The translations under genes and the position numbers were made by a program. From Lingula anatina (lineage: Eukaryota > Animalia > Brachiopoda), in the NCBI GenBank assembly GCA_051362555.1, contig CM120641.1:17298001-17362000 (forward strand): DNA of 64,000 nucleotides, in the 5' to 3' direction. Each line of letters starts with the position of its first letter. Positions within the stretch are counted from its first letter, which is position 1. Shown here in pieces: positions 38,001-45,500 of this stretch. The notes under the pieces are model-generated. The model saw only the letters and a program-made list of their open reading frames with translations. It made no database searches and had not been told where the DNA came from.

Positions 38001-38943
38001 GATCTCGAATTCTAACGCGAAATAACGCATATGAAATTTATCTCCAAGCGGAGGAGAGCGACGCAGACGAAACCTTGAGACCGGAGGCCCCCCGTAGCTA
38101 GCTCCGCCCACCGTAACAGACATCGGACAATAGAAAGGCTTGCGTGTAATCTCCTTCTGTTATAACTCCTTGGTTTTAATAAGAGTCATCTAAGGAAGTC
38201 ATCAACTTACAGCTGATCAATAGGTATAACCCATCAGGCTGGCTTCCATTAAAATAATTTGGTAGAAATATCTTGTACAAAATGTTCCATCTTGACTAAG
38301 TATTTGAACATGCTGGAATTTCACGTGCAATTGTCCTATTATAACAAATGCTATTCAACTCACCTTCCCCTTTAAAAATATGGTACTTCTTTCAAAATGT
38401 TTTAATCTGTATAGATCTGCTATTTAAGTTGTATAAAAATATCAAGAAGCATTTAGCTGAAATATTTTTTTTGGCAATATGTATTTGTTCTTTAAACAAA
38501 TTAAAAACCATAGTTAAAAATCTAATTAAAAAGTCTTTAAAAAAATTAAAATAAAATCTAGTCATTTACATATAATATAATCTATGATTTTTCATCTGTC
38601 AGTATGCAATTTACCATATTTCTTTTCTGTCCCCTAGTCTCTTGAAGCCACGTGTCTTCTATTTCCTTCTCTTCACTTTCATACCAGCAGTGTCTCTAAG
38701 CTTGCCATGTGCTCGTCTGTTACAACTTCCCCTTTCACCTACTTTTATACACCTTTCACGTCTCACCCACCACTTTCTCTCTCCCTCACTGTCATGTGAC
38801 TACTTACGGTTTCCTTGGTTTGCCTCCTGTATTCTTTCTCTTATCATGCGACAGGCATCATATATGATGGTGGAGGGCTCAAACTGCATTGTCTTCACAA
38901 TGTTGCTCCCCACGATGCTTACTTTCAGTGAAAGAGTCGCCAT
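99..38943 (-). CDS. TLN: Talin (FERM head, helical rod R1-R13, I/LWEQ/THATCH actin-binding domain and dimerisation helix); 54 coding exons, ~2553 aa
   Basis: Exon peptides match talin throughout: MATLSLKVSIVGSNIVKTMQFEPSTIIYDACRMIRERI; LLLRRKFFFSDQNVDARDPVQLNLLYVQ; KTWPLTTVRRWAASPNSFTLDFGDY; GTEWVDPDDPTVIAENELL; LNFEEQILEAA; DEDGQWSQGLISAA. Exons traced by hand with consistent phase: 38943-38808, 29639-29542, 29211-29082, 28706-28557, 28277-28135, 27899-27772, 27487-27424, 27148-27044, 26620-26531, 26334-26167, 25967-25891, 25699-25519, 25143-25003, 24709-24549, 24087-23934, 23551-23279, 22832-22731, 22411-22298, 22015-21905, 21740-21609, 21235-21107, 20866-20753, 20275-20162, 19604-19470, 19194-19066, 18792-18481, 18170-18051, 17747-17576, 17241-16982, 16715-16626, 16417-16295, 16110-15967, 14651-14490, 14241-14101, 13731-13550, 13235-13103, 12864-12763, 12515-12345, 11973-11827, 11580-11479, 11285-11166, 10871-10725, 10418-10249, 9807-9498, 9046-8930, 8360-8175, 7825-7721, 7344-7239, 6907-6783, 2825-2700, 1776-1705, 1359-1177, 662-537, 227-99. 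The sum is 7662 nt including the TGA stop. Confidence 0.97.
3322..3436 (-). other. Candidate alternative talin exon encoding an acidic peptide
   Basis: Strong acceptor (ccctttttttgtttgtgacag) and donor TTG|gtaggg. The frame in phase with the downstream exon reads DISYWICMTMFRPYAYLQELYYSTSEDEEESDEWEDEL, but entry phase is 2, not 0. Confidence 0.4.
5691..5708 (-). CDS. Candidate 18-nt talin microexon (RADGSQ)
   Basis: Long pyrimidine tract gttctcttttgatttcttttattactcag, then AGGGCTGATGGCAGTCAG, then gtaaaa. Phase 0-0 and frame-preserving. Confidence 0.5.
6324..6386 (-). CDS. Candidate 63-nt talin cassette exon (PSSYPITMTVSTRHNEYEDDE)
   Basis: atcag acceptor and GAG|gtaaga donor; phase 0-0 with no stop; locally GC/CpG-rich compared with the surrounding intron. 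Confidence 0.55.
6783..25967 (-). CDS. TLN: Talin head-rod linker and rod exons (R1-R12)
   Basis: 39 exons of Ala-rich amphipathic helices, e.g. APGQKECDNALRQIQ, AAYLVGISDRASEPGKPGLVDQSQF, REAILKTAKALVEDTKTLV. Splice phases are consistent throughout. Confidence 0.95.
9320..9392. repeat. (TG)n microsatellite, ~36 units
   Basis: Uninterrupted tg run in a talin intron. Confidence 0.95.
11955..12139. repeat. Three diverged copies of a ~28-bp segment spanning a talin 3' splice site
   Basis: ctgtgtgggcatcattagactagaacag (11955), ctgtgtgtacatcattagacaagaacag (12038), ctgtgtgggaatcactagactggaacag (12112). Confidence 0.8.
16716..16981 (-). other. GC-AG intron in talin
   Basis: Exon ends ...CAG|gcaagt. 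Joining to tag|GTGATGCAT gives ECDNALRQIQ|VMHNVLDNP, gap-free against vertebrate ECDNALRELETVRELLENP as I recall it. Confidence 0.85.
17476..17605. repeat. 49-bp direct duplication (offset 81 bp) of a talin exon end and its 5' splice site
   Basis: 17476-17524 vs 17557-17605 differ at 3 positions; both contain GAAG|gtcagtattc on the minus strand. Confidence 0.85.
20061..20090. repeat. (AT)n microsatellite within a low-complexity RY-rich tract
   Basis: atatat run of ~15 units. Confidence 0.9.
20320..20665 (-). mobile_element. Partial HINE/Helentron-like end (hairpin plus (GGCGAC)n microsatellite)
   Basis: Hairpin atgtacagacac-atct-gtgtctgtacat (20630-20657) next to an A-run, with (cggcga)4 about 25 bp away. 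CpG-rich within a CpG-poor intron, and the same layout as the end of the larger element at 42.5 kb. The other terminus was not found, so the left boundary is approximate. Confidence 0.45.
26167..29639 (-). CDS. TLN: Talin FERM head exons (end of F0, F1, F2, F3)
   Basis: PADYGLFLADEDPKKGVWLEQGRTLEYYLLRNG; DLLEYKKKQRILRVRMLDGTVKT; TYGITFFLVKEKMKGKNKLVPRLLGITK; EGEQISQLIAGYIDIILKK. Confidence 0.96.
34290..38172. mobile_element. 3.9-kb non-autonomous DNA element with perfect 31-bp TIRs and 7-bp flanking direct repeat (P-superfamily-like or Crypton-like)
   Basis: TIR caaggagttataacagaaggagattacacgc at 34290-34320, with its exact reverse complement at 38142-38172. gttttaa lies at both 34283-34289 and 38173-38179. 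No transposase or recombinase ORF recognised. Confidence 0.88.
38808..38943 (-). CDS. TLN: Talin first coding exon (start ATG at 38943; exon begins at 38975 after an AG acceptor)
   Basis: ccaagATGGCG context; MATLSLKVSIVGSNIVKTMQFEPSTIIYDACRMIRERIQEANQGNP. Donor gtaagt at 38807. The acceptor atttttag at 38976-38977 implies an upstream non-coding exon. This exon is not in the supplied ORF track. Confidence 0.93.
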
Positions 38944-39196
38944 CTTGGAGCCTTGGCAGAGAACAGCCTCTCAGCCTAAAAATGGAAATGAATAATTAAA
39001 AAAACTAGAGGATCAGAGAGGCGATACCGCCTCCGAATATTGTACCACCAGCTGGAGCAAGCGCATTCGTATAGACCCCCACATACACAAAATAAGGGGT
39101 GCAGCCACCAGTCTTGTGCTTGACAAGCTGTAAAAATGCAATCAACAAGAATTTTCAAAATATGCAAAAAATATATATAACTAAAATGGTGCAATC

Positions 39197-40495
39197 AAAG
39201 TTAAGTTCATTGTAAGGTAGGTCAAAGGTCAATTTCAAGGTCACAGTAAATTGCCAGTATATGACTTCCTATCCAACTTCAATAGTAACTATGGACCTAT
39301 CTCTGCCAGTTTTGGAGATAAAAGGGAAGCAAAATTTGCAAAGTTCAGTTCATGGTGAAAAGTAGGTCAAAGGTCAATTTCAAGGTCACAGTAAGATTGC
39401 CAGTATATGACTTCCTATTCAACTTCAATAGTAACTATGGACCTATCTCTGCCAGTTTTGGAGATAAAAGGGAAGCAAAATTTGCAAAGTTCAGTTCATG
39501 GTGAAAAGTAGGTCAAAGGTCAATTTCAAGGTCACATTTAGATTGCCAGTATATGACTTCCTATTCAACTTCAATAGTAACTATGGACCTATCTCTGCCA
39601 GTTTTGGAGATAAAAGGGAAGCAAAATTTGCAAAGTTCAGTTCATGGTGAAAAGAAGGTCAAAGGTCAATTTCAAGGTCACAGTAAAATTGCCAGTATAT
39701 GACTTCCTATGCAAGTTCAATAGTAACTATGGACCTATCTCTGCCAGTTTTGGAGATAAAAGGGAAGCAAATTTTGCAAAGTTCAGTTCAAGGTGAAAAG
39801 TAGGTCAAAGGTCAATTTCAAGGTCACAGTAAAATTGCCAGTATATGACTTCCTATTCAAGTTCAATAGTAACTATGGACCTATCTCTGCCAGTTTTGGA
39901 GATAAAAGGGAAGCAAAATTTGCAAAGTTCAGTTCATGGTGATAAGTAGGTCAAAGGTCAATTTCAAGGTCACAGTAAGATTGCCAGTATATGACTTCCT
40001 ATTCAACTTCAATAGTAACTATGGACCTATCTCTGCCAGTTTTGGAGATAAAAGGGAAGCAAATTTTGCAAAGTTCAGTTCATGGTGAAAAGTAGGTCAA
40101 AGGTCAATTTCAAGGTCACATTTAGATTGCCAGTATATGACTTCCTATTCAACGTCAATAGTAACTATGGACCTATCTCTGCCAGTTTTGGAGATAAAAG
40201 GGAAGCAAAATTTGCAAAGTTCAGTTCATGGTGAAAAGAAGGTCAAAGGTCAATTTCAAGGTCACAGTAAGATTGCCAGTATATGACTTCCTATTCAACT
40301 TCAATAGTAACTATGGACCTATCTCTGCCAGTTTTGGAGATAAAAGGGAAGCAAAATTTGCAAAGTTCAGTTCATGGTGAAAAGTAGGTCAAAGGTCAAT
40401 GTCAAGGTCACAGTAAGATTGCCAGTATATGACTTCCTATTCAACTTCAATAGTAACTATGGACCTATCTCTGCCAGTTTTGGAGATATAAGGGA
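39197..40495. repeat. Tandem array of ~9 x 146-bp units inside the HINE
   Basis: Marker gtcaaaggtc recurs at 39221, 39366, 39512, 39658, 39804, 39950, 40096, 40242 and 40388 (period 146; first interval 145). Units are nearly identical. Confidence 0.97.
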
Positions 40496-40738
40496 CTAAA
40501 TGTTATAATTTTGGAGTTACCATAATGTGCCATAAATTTCCTACAGAAAAAATTAATTAAAATAAAGAAAAGGTCATTTTGGTCAAAGTTCTTGAAATGG
40601 GAGGTTCTCTGAAGTTGCAGAAGTTTAAATTTGATAAAATAATGTCATTTTTGACCACAAGTTGTCTGCTTTGCCAAGCATTATGTTTTATTTTTCCGGA
40701 GTTCAAAATTTATTATCCATTACCGTACTGCACATTTT

Positions 40739-41028
40739 TACGGAAGCCGACTGGTGCCATATGTTGAAAAAAAAATTATCTCGAAATTTCGAGATAGCAT
40801 TTTTTTTGTTCAAATTTCAAAATACTATCTCGAAATTTCGAGATAAATTTTTTTGCTCAAATATCAAAATGCTATCTCGAAATTTCGAGATAATTTTTTT
40901 TTGTTCAAATTTCAAAATGCTATCTCGAAATTTCGAGATAAAAATTTTTTTTGTTCAAATTTCAAAATAGTATCTCGAAATTTCGAGATAATTTTTTTTT
41001 CTACATATGGCACCAGTCGGCTTCCGTA
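40739..41028. mobile_element. 290-bp MITE, IS3EU-like (TACGG...CCGTA termini, 6-bp TSD), nested in the HINE
   Basis: Perfect 26-bp TIR tacggaagccgactggtgccatatgt (40739-40764 / 41003-41028). TSD catttt at 40733-40738 and 41029-41034. Five internal copies of the 20-bp palindrome tatctcgaaatttcgagata. Confidence 0.8.
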
Positions 41029-42586
41029 CATTTTCCTTTCACCACCAATATGTACTTTCTGATACAGCGTAACTCGAAAACCGTATGGAATACAAAAAAA
41101 CCGAGACCACCTCCAGTGTTGGGCTTTACATGCTCTACAAAATGCAAAAAAGAATGGGTCTCTAGCATTAACGGTTCCCGAATTAGAGACAGTTTTCAGT
41201 TTCGGTATCTTATGGCCGCTACTCCTGTGAAAATGCACCGATTGACCCCAAATTCACGGAGATGAAAGATGACCTGAAGGGTAACACTTTCCAATAATAT
41301 TATTGGTTAAGTCTGTGTGGCGTCTGAATAACAGGGCAAAAAAAATTTTTTTTCGTAAAAAATTTCATTTTTTTGAAAATTTTGACCCATTTGACCTTGA
41401 AGTAAAGGTCAAAGGTCAAATCCGAGGGTATATTTGAAATCTACACATATGACTTTTGGAAAGCCGTCTATAGAAATTTTTCCCGTAACTCCTTCTGTAG
41501 GGTAGATAATTAGCATTTAATTTTGCCATTTTTAGACAAGGGTGCATTGCAATGAGTGCCACACCCAGACCCCAATACCGACAAAGCCCAAATTTTACGT
41601 GGAACGAGTTGAGATTATAGGTGACCTAAATCCATGAGATGGGTACGGGGGCCCTTACCGTCTAGGAGGAGAAGCGGTAACGGTAACATGGCGGCGGAGC
41701 CGGCGGAACGGACCGGACGGGACCGAAACCATGTGTACCGCCAGCGCTAACGCTGGTGGTAAATTTTTTTGTTCAAATTTCAAAATAGTATCTCGAAATT
41801 TCGAGATAATTTTTTTTTCTACATATGGCACCAGTGGGCTTCCGTACATTTTCCTTTCACCACCAATATGTACTTTTTGATACAGCGTAACTCGAAAACC
41901 GTATGGAATACAAAAAAACCGAGACCACCTCCAGTGTTGGGCTTTACATGCTCTACAAAATGCAAAAAAGAATGGGTCTTTAGCATTAACGGTTCCCGAA
42001 TTAGAGACAGTTTTCAGTTTCGGTATCTTATGGCCGCTACTCCTGTGAAAATGCACCGATTGACCCCAAATTCACGGAGATGAAAGATGACCTGAAGGGT
42101 AACACTTTCCAATAATATTATTGGTTAAGTCTGTGTGGTGTCTGAATAACAGGGCCAAAAATTTTTTTTTCGTAAAAAATTTCATTTTTTTGAAAATTTT
42201 GGCCCATTTGACCTTGAAGTAAAGGTCAAAGGTCAAATCCGAGGGTATATTTGAAATCTACACATATGACTTTTGGAAAGCCGTCTGTAGAAATTTTTCC
42301 CGTAACTCCTTCCGTAGGGTAGATAATTAGCATTTAATTTTGCCATTTTTGGACAAGGGTGCATTGCAATGAGTGCCACACCCAGACCCCAATACCGACA
42401 AAGCCCAAATTTTACGTGGAACGAGTTGAGATTATAGGTGACCTAAATCCATGAGATGGGTATGGGGGGCCTTACCGTCTAGGAGGAGAAGCGGTAACGG
42501 TAGCCGTCCGGCGGAGCCGGCGGAGCCGGCGGAACGATCCGGACGAGACCGAAACCATGTGTACCGCCAGCGCTAACGCTGGTGGT
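40941..42586. repeat. Tandem duplication of ~820 bp (40941-41760 and 41761-42586)
   Basis: Near-identical copies, each beginning inside the MITE and ending at the HINE hairpin. The duplication explains the duplicated ORFs 40912/41655 and 40951/41769. Confidence 0.95.
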
Positions 42587-45500
42587 ACAATTACTACTGA
42601 ATTGAAAAGCCTCTGAAACTCGTTTTGACCTTTAGCTTTGAGAAAGGGCCAAGAATTTCTAACCCTCTAATTCCATCTTTTGGCAGAAGGACATTTTTAT
42701 ATACCTTTCTGTCCAAGATGATGAATCAGGCTTTTCCTACACAACAGAACTCCCATGATTAAGACTTTCTTCTGAAGCTGTTTGAAGCTATACTGCTGTA
42801 AGTGCATTTTCCTTTGAAACAGTCAGACCTGCAAACTGCCTAGCAATGAATTCAATGTGCCACTTCCAAATAGAATTTATTTATTGTTTAGTAGGTGCAA
42901 ATGACTGAATGCATAGGAGGGAATTTTTCGCATCAAAATAAAGCAAATTTTGCAACTGATTGTCATTACATGATCTACAGTACGCATATATGCCATGTTA
43001 AAATCATTCTGATTTTTTTCTGATTTATTACTTAAGTATCATCAAAGGTAATACGTCCTGAACTGGTCTAACTGTGTGACATACATCTTTCCAGTATTTT
43101 CCAACAATCCTTATAACACCCATATCGGCCATGGTATTCATTTTCTAGTGCATGTGCTTCCTCTATATTTGTGAAATTAAAACTGAAATTACTTGTAAAT
43201 TGACTAATTATTCCCATGGAATCCATTAATAAATTAAAATTCTTTCAATAAGAAGCTCTCTTATTTCGCCAGTCACATTGTGTAATATTATACTTTTATG
43301 GTGACTTTTATAATTCAGCTTACATTTTCTCACATTTGCAATGAAAGGTTTCATGTAACCCAGCCAAAAGAACAAAGCACTGTTTAAATTTCGTAGTATT
43401 TCACTTTCTGTTTATTCTTGATAAGTGGGTTTAGGAAGTTTCCTCTCACAAGATTAGCTCTTAAATAGTTCTGAAAGAATGAGTCATTTATTCTATAATT
43501 TAAGCTAAAGGATGTCTGCATAGATCCAAGCAAGTATTAAATATCAAATGCTGGATTTCGCTTTTGTTCATTATATTTTCTATAGTTTAAATTTTACAAT
43601 AACTACCTACCCATCACACAAATGGCCTACTTGTATTTAAAAATTCCACTATTATATTTCCCAATTCCTAGAACCTTTAAGTTCAGCATTTTAAAATAGT
43701 TCAAAATTAATGAGAACCACACATCCAGCAAACAGCACACCTCTAAGCAAGATTGATGCTCTGAGCAAGGAGCCAGACGTCATGGTATCTATTTTTATAT
43801 TCTAAAATGTTTTCAGACAGTGATGATAGCCATGGTGATCACAGCAGAGGCCTCTCCTGAAGGCCAGATCAGACAAGATTAGCTTGGGACTGAAATTCAG
43901 TCAAACTTAACTTAAAAGGAGCAAATCACACAATATTAAAGAGAAAGTCATTGAGCAAAAATATTCACTGTTTCTCAAAAATTCATAATCTAACAAACAA
44001 TGAATGTCCTACATATTTTCGATCCCAAATCATTCTTGTCTGAATGCGGCCCTTCACTTCTGTGCTTCCAAAACCTAGTGGTATTTGCATAGTTAAAACA
44101 GCTTCTCCTTCCCCAGGCAGGTGATTCAGGTTACTGCTGCTGTTCTACCAAATGTTGATTTAAAGACTCAACTCATTAAACTGCATAAGTGTTGCCTGGG
44201 TTCTGTTACTTTGAGGCTGGCATAAAACCCTTGGATCTTGCCTACACATATAATATTCAATATCATAAATTGGGGTCCTTGATAATGTCGCCAAATCAAG
44301 AAATTTAGGGGTAATTTAATAAGTAATTTAAGGAAATTCCAAACCAAGAAACCTGAAATCTCAATAAGCTTTCAGTTTCTTGAAGTCAGGTTTTAGAACT
44401 TCCTTTTTACCGTTTTGCTTAAAACCATATGACCTAAGAACAAGACTTTCAAATTGTATTCCAATAAAATAATTCCAAGTACACATTTAGATAATGGTTA
44501 AAAAGGTTATCATAATTTAAGTCTATTAATACAGCTTCAAGCCTCATAAATGAGAATCAATGCTTGTTACTTGGAGCCACAAATTGGTGATTTTGATTGC
44601 TGTATTAATGACTTGAGCTTTGATTTCATCATCTGATTGTTTAAATTTGCACCGACAAGCCTGGATCTTACTGACAAAGTTCTGGTGAAACCATTTTGCC
44701 TTGAAATATATTCATAATCACAGATTCACCCTCTAGATCAATTTGTCAAATAAGCATTAATATGGAAATAAAGGATTTATACACTACAGTGTAAGTTTTA
44801 GCTTATGTGGATCATTTCAGTATGGCTGGGTTACCAAGCTTCAATATAAATATATAATAGTACTCTGTCAGCAACCACTAACTAAGCAATTAACTGAAAT
44901 CATCAAGTTAATGAAACAGGTTCATAATCCCTGCAGAGATGAGTTCATTTAGACTGATAATCTCTATCAGAATAGAGTGAACAGGAATTGCCAGGCAGAT
45001 GACCTTTGCTGCCCAAGCACTCCTGGAATTTCCATTTTTGGCTAGTGGCATTTGTTAAGATGTTCCTGCTTCAGTAACTCACTGGCAGAGGATTGGCTGA
45101 CCTCTGCCAGAGAGGTCACTTGAGACTGATGGTCAGCCAAGAGTTTCTCTTGAGTCTACCCATCATTGTATGAAAGCTATACATGTACTTAGACTGCTCT
45201 TTTTTATCTACAACTAGATGAACTATGAAATCATCTGTAGTCTGGAAAACGTCAGCAATGATATTGATAGAGGCCAAGTAGCATCTACATACCATTTGCT
45301 GAACCACAAATTTCCATTGAAAGAAAAACTACCATCAGTTATAACTACTAAGACAATCCTGAATAGTACCATCTATTAATTATCTCCTCCATCATCTCCA
45401 ACCTCTGGAAGAAGTCATATATTAACCACAGGTAACACAAATCTAAACTACAGCAGAAACATCTTTTTTCTCTCACCCTTAAACCAAGTCTTTGATGTTG

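Larger units (their letters stand above)
39003..42590 (-). mobile_element. Non-autonomous Helentron-associated element (HINE, DINE-1-like architecture)
   Basis: 14-bp subterminal inverted repeats attgtaccaccagc (39039-39052) / gctggtggtacaat (42578-42591). 5' hairpin gtaccgccagcg-ctaa-cgctggtggtac, a short GC microsatellite-like tract (~42500-42545) and central tandem repeats. 3' stem-loop gaggcg-atac-cgcctc (39018-39033), then CTAG plus a T-run terminus. Confidence 0.85.

Noticed and set aside
39197-40495. Regular repeat array as a CRISPR array
   Set aside because: Units are contiguous near-identical 146-mers with no unique spacers; there are no cas genes and the context is a eukaryotic intron.
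40777-40990. Palindromic 20-bp repeats with ~28-bp gaps as a mini-CRISPR
   Set aside because: The gaps are themselves near-identical, and the block is bounded by TIRs and a TSD, so it is a MITE.
40579-42083. Duplicated 100-130-aa ORFs (e.g. 40912-41238, 41655-42056, 40951-41265)
   Set aside because: They are translations of MITE/HINE repeat DNA duplicated in tandem, with no recognisable domain.
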